Under the pieces are notes generated by a model that was given only the letters and a program-made list of their open reading frames with translations, did not search any database and was not told the origin of the DNA. 49,317 bases of DNA from an uncultured bacterium (GTDB lineage: Bacteria; Edwardsbacteria; AC1; EtOH8): contig CAWAAX010000001.1 in assembly GCA_963780225.1 (NCBI GenBank), positions 1-49,317 on the forward strand. The letters run 5' to 3'. The first letter of the stretch is position 1. Each line of letters begins with the position of its first letter. Both the position numbers and the translations under genes were made by a program. Positions 29,777 to 40,420 of this stretch are shown in pieces.

Positions 29777-31582
29777 TTAAAACGCCTCGCCCCAGGCCAG
29801 TACCGCCCGCCAATATTTGATCTGATCAACTTTGTCCAACGGAAAGGCAAAGTCCGCCCGGCCGGTGCCGAAGGGAAATATGTACCTGGCCCCAAACCCA
29901 GGAGTTCCGTGCCACTGGGCAAATGAGAGTTTGGATACCTTACAATTCTCCAGCAAACCGGCATCGGTAAAGATAACCCCCACCCAGTGCTTTGGGAAAA
30001 ATACCTTGAGTTCCAAATTGAGCAGCCCCATCTTGTCGCCGCCGATGTTGTTCCCGGCCGCGTCCACCTGGCCCATCCTACCGCTGCCGTAACCCCGGAC
30101 CGTGGCGGGTCCGCCCAGATAGAATTTCTCGTACAGCGGCACTTGAAGATGCAGGGCCCAATCCCCGATGATCCCGTATTTCAACCGGGCGGAGATACCC
30201 AGGGGCTTATAAGGGTTCAGATGGTAGATCCACTCGTGCACCAGGCGCTGATAGGTCTCGGCCCCGCCCAGCAACCCTCCGGTGTAATCGGTCTGCCATT
30301 CAAAGCCGAATCCCGCCCTGGGGTTCACCGGATCATCGAACCGGCGGTATTCCCCGAACAACTGCATGCTCCGCCGACCCCGGTAGCTGATGGTGTCGGC
30401 CGCGCTGCCCTGCCGGCTCCAGTCCGGCGAGAGCTTCAGCCATTCCTGCTTCCAGCGGGCTCCCAGATTGGAATACCGTCCCACGATCTTTGACAGCATC
30501 AGATCCAGCCCGATGGTCTGCAGACGGTAATCGGTATAGGGCGGCCGGAAGTCGTCGTAATACAGCGAAACCTCGGACTGGGTGCGGTCTCCCCATAGCC
30601 AGGGCTCCAGATAAGAAACTCTGGCCTGGCGCCTCACCGTATTGAAGCCGCTCCAGACCTGAAAGGCTGTCAGCGCCTTAAGCTCCAGGGTTCTTCCCAT
30701 ACCGCTGATGTTGCGGTCGGCCCAGCCGGCCGAGATCCGGAAGGCATCTCCGCTGCCATAACCAAAACCGGTGGCAAAGACGTGGCGGGTCTTTTCCTTT
30801 ATTTCCACTTCGATGTCGATCAGTGAACGGTCGGAGCTGGTGGTTCCGGGGGAGACCCGGACCTCTTTGAACAAGCCGGTAGATAACAACTGGAGTTGTG
30901 ATTTCAACAGCGCCCGCCGGGAAAAGATGTCGCCCGGCTTCATTGTCAGTTCGCGTTCTATGGCCTGGGTCTTGGTCAGCTCATTGCCATAGATTTTGAT
31001 TCGGCCTATCCTGGCGATCGGGCCTTCAGTTATGGTAAAAACCAGTTCCGCCAGATAAGAATTCTTATAATTCAACTCGTGCCCCACCTCGGCAAAGATG
31101 TAACCCAGGTCGGCATAGAACAGCATCAGGTTGAAATCATCCTCGCCCAAAGCGGACAGGTCAAGACCGGCCCCAGGCTTTGTCCTTAATACCAAAGTAA
31201 GTTGTTCACTGGACAGAACTGTATTACCCCTAAGGACTATTGTCTCCACTATGCAGCGCAGGCCTTCGGCAATCGTTACCTCAACCAGGCCCGGGAGTTC
31301 CCCCATTGGATCTGAATATTTATAGCTGATGACGGCATCCAGATTACCCTGGCGGCTGTAGAATGACCTTAACCTTCCCATTGCCGTTTCCAAACTTTCG
31401 GGAATGATCTTTCCCTCAACCGGCCTGAACTTCAGTTGCTTTTTTAGCACCGAAGAAGTGAATGATTTGTTGCCGGCAAAGGTTATCTTAAATCGTCCCG
31501 CCCCCGCGGCCCGGGCCGGAACGACGGCTGCGGCCCACAGACAGAAAAGTATCAGCAACCTATACCAAAGGTGATTTCTCAT
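29777..31582 (-). CDS. BamA/TamA-family outer membrane protein (POTRA domains + Omp85 barrel)
   Basis: Signal peptide; POTRA repeats (GN..T...I.REL..KPG); FYLGGPATVRGY; terminal GEAF. Confidence 0.9.
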   Translation of the reverse strand: MRNHLWYRLLILFCLWAAAVVPARAAGAGRFKITFAGNKSFTSSVLKKQLKFRPVEGKIIPESLETAMGRLRSFYSRQGNLDAVISYKYSDPMGELPGLVEVTIAEGLRCIVETIVLRGNTVLSSEQLTLVLRTKPGAGLDLSALGEDDFNLMLFYADLGYIFAEVGHELNYKNSYLAELVFTITEGPIARIGRIKIYGNELTKTQAIERELTMKPGDIFSRRALLKSQLQLLSTGLFKEVRVSPGTTSSDRSLIDIEVEIKEKTRHVFATGFGYGSGDAFRISAGWADRNISGMGRTLELKALTAFQVWSGFNTVRRQARVSYLEPWLWGDRTQSEVSLYYDDFRPPYTDYRLQTIGLDLMLSKIVGRYSNLGARWKQEWLKLSPDWSRQGSAADTISYRGRRSMQLFGEYRRFDDPVNPRAGFGFEWQTDYTGGLLGGAETYQRLVHEWIYHLNPYKPLGISARLKYGIIGDWALHLQVPLYEKFYLGGPATVRGYGSGRMGQVDAAGNNIGGDKMGLLNLELKVFFPKHWVGVIFTDAGLLENCKVSKLSFAQWHGTPGFGARYIFPFGTGRADFAFPLDKVDQIKYWRAVLAWGEAF

Positions 31583-34392
31583 ATTCCCAAAACATCCTGG
31601 GTTAATGAAAGATACATGGTGAATCCTCTTGAACTTTTAAGCGGCCTGGCCAGGCCAAGCTTCAGGGAAAACGGCAGGGCATAAAACGCCGTCCAGTCGG
31701 TGATCAATTCCGCTCCTAGGCTCTGTTTGAAAGGTTTGTCTTTTAAACCGGAAAAGCTGGCGCCGCCAACCCCTCCCTCCCAGAAGGCCGTAGCATGAAT
31801 GTTCTTGAAGTACACCGGCCAGGTGGAAATGCCCCGCTGGATATCGGCCAGGGGAAAACGGTATTCTAGGGTTACCGCCATCCGGCGGCGGCCTATGATC
31901 GTGGAACTCGGGTAACCCCTCAGGTTGAACCGGTCGATCGTCTCCAGATAGGCCCGGCCGTTGCTGTAGTAAGCATCGGCCCGGAGGCTGGCATTCAGCA
32001 CCTGCCGGTCAAACGGCAGGCCCAGGTATTCATCCCAGGAACCGAACAGATAGGTTTGATCAAGGTCGCTGCCCCATCGTTTATTATAAAATCCGGCTTG
32101 GGCGTAGATCCTCCGGCCGCCGCTGGGACTGATGGAATTCCGGTATATCCTGTAATTGCTGAAACTTACTGCCGGTCTGATATCGCAAAGGTTCCCGGTC
32201 CAGTATCCTGCATCCAGGTCGCCCAATCCTTGCAAGCGCTGATGCCTGAAACCAATGTACGGCGTAAGGCTATAGCCAGATCGCTTGAACGGCCAGCTTA
32301 GGGATAAACTCTGTTCCTGCTCCCGTTGCCAGTAAACTATATCACTATTTACATCATATCCCACCGGATGATCCTTGAGCATCAGACTCCAAGGTACAAC
32401 CGAACTCTGATCGTCGTATTCCAAAACGTAGTAAAATCTTTTGTTGGCAGGACTGGCTCCGGCGGATATATAGTAATTCCTTTGCAGCAGGGCATCCCAG
32501 CCCCACAGGCTGACGCCCAGCGCGCTGTCCTTGTCATCGGCAAAAAAAGCGGGGAACCAGAGCACTGGCAGCATAGTGCTTAAAAGCTGATATTTTGATA
32601 TCTGATATTCGGGGCTTTGAGCATATGCGCTTGGCTGAAGTGCTTCAGCATCAAGAACGACCGGGCCGTGAACCGGATAATTCCCCGTTCTTGCCTTTAC
32701 CAGGTCGTATCCCCGGGCCGAGAGATCAAGATATAGAATGGTGCTATCGTCCAAAACCCTCGGGGACAAGGAACCTCCAACCGCATTGGTCAGCCGGGAG
32801 ACTGTTCTCTGCTCCAGGTCATAACCGTAAGCATTCCAGGTTCCGGAACGGTCGGATGAAAAGTAAACGGTTTTTCCGTCGTGGGACCAGCTGGGCCAAA
32901 GTTCCTGGGCCTGGTCGCAGAACAGCGGCGTGAACCCGGCGCTGGCAATGTCATAGACATATATATCACTGAAACCCTCTCCGGTCCAGGCGGCCAGTGC
33001 TATCTTGCCGCCGTCGGGGGACATCTTCAAATGGCTGTAGGTGCAGGAATCGGAAAAATCTGTCAGATATTCGCTGGTTCGGGTTGCCAGGTCAAAACGT
33101 CCCAGGGCATAGGCCCCACCCCGGCTGGCCGCAAAATACAGGCTTTTGCCGTCGGCTGAAAAGGCCGGATCCTGAGCCCGCAAACCCTTGCTGACCCTGG
33201 CGGTCCGGCCGCTGGCAATTTCCAGGACATACAGATCATTGTAATATTGACGGCCGGAATTAAGGTGTTCGGCTTTGGCAAAAGCCAGCTGCGCGCCGTC
33301 CGGGCTGAAGCACAGGGAACCCTGGAAGTCGCCTTTGGCCAGTATCCGGGAAGAGCCTATAGACAGGTCGTACAAAACTATCCGGGGTTGTCCCCGGCTG
33401 TCCCTTTGAACATAGGCGGCATGCCGGCCGTCCGGGGAGACATCCAGCCCCTCCTTGTCAAATCCGTCTGAGGTCAGCTTTTCAGTGATATCAAGACCTG
33501 CAGCTTTTATGGAATCGATCTGCGCCCGGTAGAATTTCCGGCTGTTCCTCCGCCACTCCTTCCACAATTGGGGCAGGCTTTTGCCGTATGTCCTCTTGGC
33601 CGGCCGGTTCTGCATGAAGGGCAGCACCAGACCGCTGTGCCGCCGCTGGTATTCGGCCAGCTTGGACTCCCCGTAGGTATCTGCCAGATATTCGGAAAAT
33701 TTCCCGCCCAGCAGATACGGGGCATCGCCCGGCCAGCCGGGGCCGAAGACGGCCGCCTGATCTATGGCCGCCCACCTGCCTTCATTGACCGCCGACCTAA
33801 GCACCCCGTTGTACAAAGCCCCGTTGTTGCGGCCGAACCTGGTGTAGCGGCTTTCGGCGTAGACCGCCAAACCTTCGATCTGGCTCCAGGGTTGGACGGT
33901 GTTGGGCAGGAAAAGCCTTCCGAAAACAGAACACAGGAACCCCGGAAACCCGCTGACTATGTCCATGTCCAGCAGGTGAGCGTATTCGTGGACTATCAAT
34001 TCCTCCATCCAGTCGTCATAGTTGCCGGGCTGCCCGGCCGGCTGGCTAAGGTAAATGACTATGGTCCTCCGGGGAAAGGCCGTGGTGATGGCGTTGGCCT
34101 GGTCCAGATGGTCGGTAAGTATGATCTCGGTCCGGCCGTCCGGTTTCCATTTTAAGAACGGAACCAGCCTCTCATAGGTCTGCTCGGCCAGCCGGGCGCA
34201 CTTTTCCGCCTGATCCTGGTGGGCGGGCTGGAACAGAACTTTAAAATGGAGGGTCTCCAGTTGCAGCCAGGAATGGCCCGGAGGAACCAGGTCTATGCTA
34301 TAGCTTTGAGCTGTGAGCTTTTGACTATAAATTGGCAGTGCAAATATAACGGCCAGCACCAGCCAAGCCAATGATTTAAAACGGATTTGCAT
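31579..34392 (-). CDS. HExxH metallopeptidase-like + PD40/TolB propeller + Omp85-like barrel protein
   Basis: LIVHEYAHL...QIEGLAVYAES; repeated (F/V)SPDG; C-terminal LRGYP...LEYRFPL. Confidence 0.8.
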   Translation of the reverse strand: MQIRFKSLAWLVLAVIFALPIYSQKLTAQSYSIDLVPPGHSWLQLETLHFKVLFQPAHQDQAEKCARLAEQTYERLVPFLKWKPDGRTEIILTDHLDQANAITTAFPRRTIVIYLSQPAGQPGNYDDWMEELIVHEYAHLLDMDIVSGFPGFLCSVFGRLFLPNTVQPWSQIEGLAVYAESRYTRFGRNNGALYNGVLRSAVNEGRWAAIDQAAVFGPGWPGDAPYLLGGKFSEYLADTYGESKLAEYQRRHSGLVLPFMQNRPAKRTYGKSLPQLWKEWRRNSRKFYRAQIDSIKAAGLDITEKLTSDGFDKEGLDVSPDGRHAAYVQRDSRGQPRIVLYDLSIGSSRILAKGDFQGSLCFSPDGAQLAFAKAEHLNSGRQYYNDLYVLEIASGRTARVSKGLRAQDPAFSADGKSLYFAASRGGAYALGRFDLATRTSEYLTDFSDSCTYSHLKMSPDGGKIALAAWTGEGFSDIYVYDIASAGFTPLFCDQAQELWPSWSHDGKTVYFSSDRSGTWNAYGYDLEQRTVSRLTNAVGGSLSPRVLDDSTILYLDLSARGYDLVKARTGNYPVHGPVVLDAEALQPSAYAQSPEYQISKYQLLSTMLPVLWFPAFFADDKDSALGVSLWGWDALLQRNYYISAGASPANKRFYYVLEYDDQSSVVPWSLMLKDHPVGYDVNSDIVYWQREQEQSLSLSWPFKRSGYSLTPYIGFRHQRLQGLGDLDAGYWTGNLCDIRPAVSFSNYRIYRNSISPSGGRRIYAQAGFYNKRWGSDLDQTYLFGSWDEYLGLPFDRQVLNASLRADAYYSNGRAYLETIDRFNLRGYPSSTIIGRRRMAVTLEYRFPLADIQRGISTWPVYFKNIHATAFWEGGVGGASFSGLKDKPFKQSLGAELITDWTAFYALPFSLKLGLARPLKSSRGFTMYLSLTQDVLGI

Positions 34393-34398
34393 GATTTT

Positions 34399-34427
34399 AT
34401 TATAACCAATTTAAGCGCTTTTGTCCA
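34399..34427 (-). promoter_or_regulatory. sigma70-type promoter, probably giving a leaderless mRNA
   Basis: TGGACA-17 nt-TATAAT, then 6 nt to ATG 34392; no Shine-Dalgarno. Confidence 0.65.
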
Positions 34428-34431
34428 TAAT

Positions 34432-34464
34432 AAAACGGCATACTGGTCAAATCAGTATGCCGTT
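34432..34464 (-). terminator. Intrinsic terminator after the aminopeptidase gene
   Basis: 12-bp stem AACGGCATACTG/CAGTATGCCGTT followed by a T tract on the minus strand. Confidence 0.8.
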
Positions 34465-34493
34465 CCAAATCCCTGCGATCACCGGGTAAACTA

Positions 34494-35594
34494 TCAGATC
34501 ACAAACTTCCCGTTCTCATAAACCAGCTGGTCATCTGCGAATATCTTTCCGCCTTCCTTCATGCCGCACAACATGTCCCAGTGCACGGAAGAAACATTCT
34601 TGCCGCCGGATTCATGGAGCGAACGCCCGATGGCCAGGTGCACCGTGCCGCCGATCTTCTCGTCGAACAGCATGTTGCGGGTGAATTTCTTGATGTTGTA
34701 GTTGGTGCCCACCGCTATCTCGCCCACAAAACGGGCGCCGGGGTCGGTCTCCAGTATCTGGTTCAGCAGATCTTGGCCCTTGCCGGCCGCGGCCTTGACC
34801 ACCTTCCCCTTCTCAAAGGTCAGTTGGATGTCCTCCACCTCCCGGCCCATGTAAATGCCGGGAAAGCTGAAGCGGATATGGCCCTCCACCGTGTCCTCCA
34901 CCGGTCCGGTGAAAACCTCGCCGTCAGGGAAATTCTGGTGCCCCGAACAGTTGACCCACTTGCGCCCGGCGATGGACATCTTCAGGTCGGTGTCTTTGGA
35001 AACAATGTGCAGGGTCTTCTTTTTATCCAGTATGTCGCACAGGCGCTGCTGCTCGGAGTGGATCTGTTTCCACCTGGCCACCGGGTCGGCCTCATTCAGA
35101 TAGCAGGAGCCGTAGACAAAATCCTGGTAGTCGGCCAGCGACATGCTGGCTTCCTGGGCATTGGCCCAGTTGGGATGCATGGTTCCGCACCAGCGGGCCT
35201 CACCCTTGGCCATCCGCTCCATCATCAGCTGCATCACCGGAGCCCCGGACTGCGAGGCCAGCCGGGCCCTGGCTGGGTCCACGTTGGACATCAGCCTGGT
35301 GTTGATGGTGCCCATCAGGGTCAAAAAGACATCAAATGTCTTGTAGGCGGTCAGGTCGTTCTCATGGATGAATTTGATCTGATCCTCGCTGCCCTGCTGG
35401 AGCATGATCTCGCTCAGTTCCTCATTGGCAATCTTGACCTGGGGATTAGCGCCCAGTTCCAAGGCGGCCCGGAAACATTCCTTCATCAAAGGATAGGTGA
35501 CATAAGCTCCCTGGATCAGGACCTTTTCGCCCTTTTTCAGGTCCAGGCAATACCGGGTTATGACCTGGGCGTGTTTTTGGATCAATAAGTCCAT
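34494..35594 (-). CDS. Aminopeptidase, M29 (AmpS/AmpT) family
   Basis: NFPDGEVFTGP, GEIAVG, LFDEKIGGTVHLAIG, SSVHWDM. Confidence 0.93.
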   Translation of the reverse strand: MDLLIQKHAQVITRYCLDLKKGEKVLIQGAYVTYPLMKECFRAALELGANPQVKIANEELSEIMLQQGSEDQIKFIHENDLTAYKTFDVFLTLMGTINTRLMSNVDPARARLASQSGAPVMQLMMERMAKGEARWCGTMHPNWANAQEASMSLADYQDFVYGSCYLNEADPVARWKQIHSEQQRLCDILDKKKTLHIVSKDTDLKMSIAGRKWVNCSGHQNFPDGEVFTGPVEDTVEGHIRFSFPGIYMGREVEDIQLTFEKGKVVKAAAGKGQDLLNQILETDPGARFVGEIAVGTNYNIKKFTRNMLFDEKIGGTVHLAIGRSLHESGGKNVSSVHWDMLCGMKEGGKIFADDQLVYENGKFVI

Positions 35595-35621
35595 GCTAAC
35601 CTCTTAAGAAAAATTGCTTGG

Positions 35622-35757
35622 AAATTCTTAAATACTAATTCCTAATTTCTAAATAATTTCGAAGTTCTAAACCTTAAAGCACAAAACAGTTTTGAGAATT
35701 AAGAAAACTCAATATTCGTATTTGTTTAGGATTTCGGCTTTAGAGTTTAGAATTTAG
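35622..35757. repeat. AT-rich 7-nt-periodic inverted-repeat element
   Basis: Left AAATTCTTAAATACTAATTCCTAATTTCTAAATAATTTC; right TTTGTTTAGGATTTCGGCTTTAGAGTTTAGAATTT; same family as 40421-40556. Confidence 0.65.
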
Positions 35758-35763
35758 TATCCA

Positions 35764-37748
35764 TTAGATCGTGGTCCTGATCGGCAGCACCACCGTGGTG
35801 ATCCCCAGCCATTGAAGCCGCTGCTGTAGGGCATACGGGGTTTCGTTATGCAGAAAACGGTGGAAGATGCTTTCCCTAGTGAATATCAGCTTGCTGGCGA
35901 AGATGGTGGATCTGGGATACTCCTTGGCCACCTCCTGGCAGAGCAGGCTGGCGGTCTCGATCACCTCGGTGCCCACGTCCATCCGGTAATCGGCCGGGAA
36001 GCCGAAGCGCCGGGCTATGTCCACGTATTTCTTCAGCGATTCCTCCACCGAATCCTTAAGGGCATCGACTTCCTGGGCGCCCTTGAAGGAGCCGGAATCA
36101 ACTACCGCCACCGAGATGAAAATGAAATTCTTGTAAAGCTTGGGGAAATTGCGGATTACCGAAAGCAGGGTGTGGACCCCGAAGCCATTATAGTCGTTGA
36201 CCAACACCACCGCCGTCATCTCCTTGGGGTTAAGCGGTTCCACGTTCTTGGACCCGCTGGTGGGAATATCCAGCAGCATCTCATCCAGTTCCCGTGACCC
36301 CTTCTTAACGGTCTCATAGTGATTGCGGATGCGGTAGCAGAAAAGGATCAACAGGGTAGTTATCACCAGGGTCAGCCAGCCACCATGCAGGAATTTTTCG
36401 TAGATTGCAATAACCAAGATGGTTAAACAGAGGATAAGTCCTACAATATGAACCGGAATGTGCTTCTTCCAGTCTTTTTCCCGTTTGCGATTAACGATAA
36501 AATAGCGGATCATCCCGGTTTCAGAAAGGGAAAATGTCAGAAAAACGTTGATGGAATACATGATCACCAACACCGAGATCGAACCTCCGGTGTAAAATAA
36601 CAGCGCCAGCGAAGATATACCCATTAAAAGGATGCCGTTGTTCATGGTCAAACGTTCCGACAGCGAAGCGAACCGGTGGGGCAGCCATGAATCCACCGCC
36701 ATGTTGGACATCACTCTCGGTCCGTCAATGAACCCGGTCTGGGCTGCTACAAACAATAAAGCACCTTCCGAGAGAATCGTGATTAACGCCAGCATTTTAC
36801 CGAAAGACCACTGTCCGAACAAAGCATCGGCCAAAACCGCGTTCAATGTCCTGCCATGCACCGGCTGGACCCTCAGCAAGCAGATAACACAGGAACAATC
36901 CACCGGCCGTCAGGGCCAGCGAGCCGGCCATCAGGGCCATGGTCCGTTTGCCGGTCTGCACCCTGGGTTCGCGCATCACCTGCAAGCCGTTGGAGACCGC
37001 TTCGATCCCGGTATAGGTTCCGGCCCCCAGCGAGTAGGCCCGTACAAAAATAGCCATGATCCCCATAAAACCTATGGTCTGCATATCGATTTTAAAGGAA
37101 TTATGGACATCGCCGATGATGGGGGCAAAATCAAAAGTGTGCGAGAATATCCCATAACCAATCATGAAGATATGGGTCAGAAAGAATACCACAAATATTG
37201 GGGTCAGCGCTGTAACCGATTCTTTTATACCCCTCAGGTTAAGAAGTATGAGGATGATTATGAGTAAGGCGCAGAAAGGGATCTTGTAAATATGATACTG
37301 TAACGGCAGAAAACTGAAACAGCGCTGCTCCGCAGGAAACAATGGAAACCGTGATGGTCAAAATGTAATCCACCAGCAGGGCCGCGCCGGAGACCACTCC
37401 GGCCTTCTCCCCCAGGGTGTGGGTGGCCACTATGTATCCACCGCCGCCGTGGGGGAAATGCTCGATTATCCGGGAATAGGCGTATGAGATTATGAAAACG
37501 GTCAGGGCGGTGGCCAGAGCCAGAAATATTGCCAGATAGGTGTGCGAACCCAGCGCCCGGAAGGCTTCTTCCGGCCCGTAGGAAGATGAGGACAGTCCGT
37601 CGGCCCCCAGCCCTATCCAGGCCAGCAGTGCCACCAGCGAGATCTTGTGAAAGATCGTGGGATCGTCCACGTCCTTGGGGCCGCCGATGACTGTGCGGCG
37701 GAACTTGTTCACTAATTTGGTGATGAATTCCGACTCGGAAAATGGCAT
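35764..37748 (-). pseudogene. APC-family permease (KimA/YdaO-like) split by two +1 frameshifts (pseudogene or sequencing error)
   Basis: GLGADGLSSSSYGPEE, FPHGGGGY, YTGIEAVSNG, YSINVFLTFSLS spread over three frames; removing one T at ~37318 and one at ~36878 restores a 660-aa ORF. Confidence 0.85.
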
Positions 37749-37894
37749 ATCATTCCTGTAATAGTGTTGATGGTGGTATTTTCTCTGGTCTTGGCCCTTA
37801 AAACTAAAGCCTTTTATTTTTACAATAAAAGGCAGGGAAAAAGGCACTCCCTGGTCTGGATCCAAGGCCATGCCGTATTTTATTTAGTTTTACA

Positions 37895-37941
37895 AAAGTG
37901 GTCGGGGTGACCCCGATCGCATCGGGGCGACTTCTTGGTCC
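37895..37941 (-). repeat. Duplicated 3' half of tRNA-Pro(CGG) with the T-arm replaced by a 17-nt hairpin
   Basis: AAAGTGGTCGGGGTGA[CCCCGATCGCATCGGGG]CGACTTCTTGGTCC versus tRNA AAAGTGGTCGGGGTGA[GAGGATTCGAACCTC]CGACTTCTTGGTCC. Confidence 0.85.
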
Positions 37942-37952
37942 ATCATTTAAAG

Positions 37953-38029
<77 letters not shown>

Positions 38030-38133
38030 TTTGGTTAATTGATCCTTTAAAAATAGACAGGTGTTACAGGATTTCTTTTCTACAGACATTCCCAATGTCA
38101 TGTCATACCGTTGACCCTGCCCGATGTAAAAAA

Positions 38134-38211
38134 TGGTCGGGGTGAGTGGATTCGAACCACCGGCCCCTTGACCCCCAGTCAAGTGCGCTAACCGGACTGC
38201 GCTACACCCCG
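38134..38211 (-). tRNA. tRNA-Pro (GGG)
   Basis: CGGGGTGTAGCGCAGTCCGGTTAGCGCA CTTGA CTGGGGG TCAAG...GGTTCGAATCC...CCA. Confidence 0.97.
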
Positions 38212-38223
38212 ACACAAACTGTA

Positions 38224-38252
38224 ATTATACGAAAAAATAAGATTTATTGCAA
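38224..38252 (-). promoter_or_regulatory. sigma70-type promoter for the tRNA-Pro pair
   Basis: TTGCAA-17 nt-TATAAT, 12 nt upstream of the tRNA. Confidence 0.75.
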
Positions 38253-38263
38253 GCAGTATTTAT

Positions 38264-38689
38264 TTATTTTATGATCAGTCCATTCCTGTTCAGCATCTCC
38301 AATACCTGCCTGAGTTCTGCGGCAATGGCCTTGACCCCCGACCGGTTGCGCCATTGGTTGAAGGGAATTTCCAGCTGGTCCCTCTCCTTTTCCTTGATCT
38401 CCTTCAGCCGGTTGCGGGCCCCGGCGATGGTGTAGCCGTCCTGGTACAAAAGTTTTTTGATCAGCAGCACCATCTTGATATCGTCCACCTGGTACTGGCG
38501 GCGGCCGCCCCGGGTGGTCTTGGGCTTGAGCGCCGAGAACTCGCTCTCCCAGAATCTCAGGATATACGGCTCCAGCTCCGCTATCTGGGAAACCTCCCGG
38601 ATGTTATGGTAGACCTTCATCCGCTCGGATTTGTCCATCCTGGGTCTGGCCTGCGGCTTTTCCGCCACCGGTGCTGTTTGCTCGTCCAT
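38264..38689 (-). CDS. MerR-family transcriptional regulator
   Basis: IREVSQIAELEPYILRFWESEF, GGRRQY, LLYQDGYTIAGAR; upstream of tRNA-Pro. Confidence 0.92.
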   Translation of the reverse strand: MDEQTAPVAEKPQARPRMDKSERMKVYHNIREVSQIAELEPYILRFWESEFSALKPKTTRGGRRQYQVDDIKMVLLIKKLLYQDGYTIAGARNRLKEIKEKERDQLEIPFNQWRNRSGVKAIAAELRQVLEMLNRNGLIIK

Positions 38690-38692
38690 TTC

Positions 38693-39406
38693 CTAAGCCT
38701 CCATAAATGAGATCATTTGGCCTTTAAGCTCTTTTTCTCTCCGGTATGAATGGAGCAGGCTGTTCTGGCAGAAGGTGCAAAGTTTGGAAAGATGAATGTC
38801 GTCAGGCATAAGACCGGCAGTGATCAATTGTCGCCGGTTCTCGGCCTTCAGGTCCAGCCGCCATTTGCCGCCGCCTTCGGGCATTTTGACCGCCGGATCA
38901 AACCTGTCGGCCACTTCCGGGCCGACCTGATAGCAGTCCTGCTCGATGGCCGGGCCGATCACCGCCGCTATGCTTCGCGGTTCAAGGCCGTATCCCGACA
39001 TGAACTGCTGCAGTCCCTTTTGGGCGATGCCCAGGGCGGTGCCCTTCCATCCGGCATGGATCAGGCAGACCGCCTTGTTTCCCTTGTCCGCCAGGAATAT
39101 GGGGACGCAGTCGGCAGTATGAATGGTTATTATTATGCCGGGAACTTCGGTCATCAGTCCGTCAGCCTCGATCTTTCTGGGGTAGTATCCGGAATATTCC
39201 GGCGGGATAGTTTCTATGTGATCGCCGTGGACCTGATGGGTGACCGCCAGCCTGCCCCCGCTTCCCAGTTTCTTGTAAACCTGCTCCTTGTCTATTTCCC
39301 GGCCGTTTGACTTGATGACCATCCCGTGCTTTATGCCGTAACGGTTCAGGATGTCAAAGCTCACGATGTTCAGGCCGTTCTGTTCCAAGATCAGTTCTGC
39401 GTTCAT
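38693..39406 (-). CDS. pgeF: PgeF/YfiH (laccase-like) family protein
   Basis: QVHGD, ADGLMT, TADCVPI, IHAGWKGT, GPAI..CYQVG, CTFC, SYRR. Confidence 0.9.
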   Translation of the reverse strand: MNAELILEQNGLNIVSFDILNRYGIKHGMVIKSNGREIDKEQVYKKLGSGGRLAVTHQVHGDHIETIPPEYSGYYPRKIEADGLMTEVPGIIITIHTADCVPIFLADKGNKAVCLIHAGWKGTALGIAQKGLQQFMSGYGLEPRSIAAVIGPAIEQDCYQVGPEVADRFDPAVKMPEGGGKWRLDLKAENRRQLITAGLMPDDIHLSKLCTFCQNSLLHSYRREKELKGQMISFMEA

Positions 39407-40413
39407 TTTTCGGACTTGGGATCACGGGTCATCAGGGCCTCCACCGCCTGGCGGGGAGATTTGTCCTGGAAAAGCACCAGGTACATCTGCTCGGTGATGG
39501 GCATCTCGATCTTATGTTCTTTGGAAAGTTCGTAGGCCGCCTTGGCGGTATTGACCCCCTCGGCCACCATCACCATTTCCTTTAAGATGTCGTCCAGTCT
39601 TTGTCCCTGGCCGATCCTGCTTCCCACGATATGGTTGCGGCTGTGGGGGCTGGAACAGGTGGTGATAAGGTCCCCCATTCCGGTCAGGCCGGCAAAAGTG
39701 GCCGGATCGGCTCCCAGGGCTGTTCCCAGCCGGGTGATCTCGGCCAGGCCCCGGGTCAAAAGCGCCCCCTTGGTGTTGGCCCCCAGCTCCATCCCGTCTA
39801 TGATCCCGGCTGCGATGGCGATAACGTTCTTCAAACTCCCGCCCAACTCGGCCCCCGCCACATCGCTGCCGGTGTAGACCCGCAGATACTTGGACATTAG
39901 GGCCGACTGGACTTCTTCGGCAGCGGAATTATCATTCGAGGCGGCCACGGTGGTGGCCGGCAGGTGGCGGGCGATCTCGGAAGCGATATTGGGGCCGGAA
40001 AGAACCACCAGTTTCCCGGCCTTCTCCTTCAGGGTCTGAGAGATGACCTGCGACATCCGCAGGTGGGTCTTGTCCTCCAGACCTTTGATGGCGCTGACTA
40101 TCACTGTGTCCGAGGAAAGCAATGGATAGGCTTGTTCGCAGACCTTCCTGAGCACGGATGACGGCAGCGCCAGGAAACAGATATCGGCCCCCTGCAATGA
40201 CGCACCCAGTTCCGGGCTGACCGTGACCCCGTCCGGAATGGTTATCCCCGGCAGAAACTGCCGGTTCTGGCGGGTTCGCTGGATCTCTTCCGCGGCTTTT
40301 GGCAGATACTCCCAAAGCCGCACCCGGTGGCCATTTTCAGCCAGGATCACGGCCAAAGTGGTGCCCCAGTTGCCTGCACCCAGGATACAAATATTTTTAT
40401 TATTGGTCAGCAT
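39403..40413 (-). CDS. gpsA: NAD(P)H-dependent glycerol-3-phosphate dehydrogenase
   Basis: GAGNWGT, LSGPN, LKNVIAIAAG, GMGDLITTC.S.HSRN, AEGV. Confidence 0.97.
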   Translation of the reverse strand: MLTNNKNICILGAGNWGTTLAVILAENGHRVRLWEYLPKAAEEIQRTRQNRQFLPGITIPDGVTVSPELGASLQGADICFLALPSSVLRKVCEQAYPLLSSDTVIVSAIKGLEDKTHLRMSQVISQTLKEKAGKLVVLSGPNIASEIARHLPATTVAASNDNSAAEEVQSALMSKYLRVYTGSDVAGAELGGSLKNVIAIAAGIIDGMELGANTKGALLTRGLAEITRLGTALGADPATFAGLTGMGDLITTCSSPHSRNHIVGSRIGQGQRLDDILKEMVMVAEGVNTAKAAYELSKEHKIEMPITEQMYLVLFQDKSPRQAVEALMTRDPKSEK

Positions 40414-40420
40414 ATAAGTA

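Noticed and set aside
34581..35588. 335-aa plus-strand ORF (likewise 9098-10015, 21684-22604, 16360-17214, 11315-12127)
   Set aside because: Each mirrors a well-identified minus-strand gene
37749..37894. Possible c-di-AMP (ydaO) riboswitch upstream of the KimA-like permease
   Set aside because: No recognisable ydaO consensus; only a terminator-like hairpin after the tRNA pair
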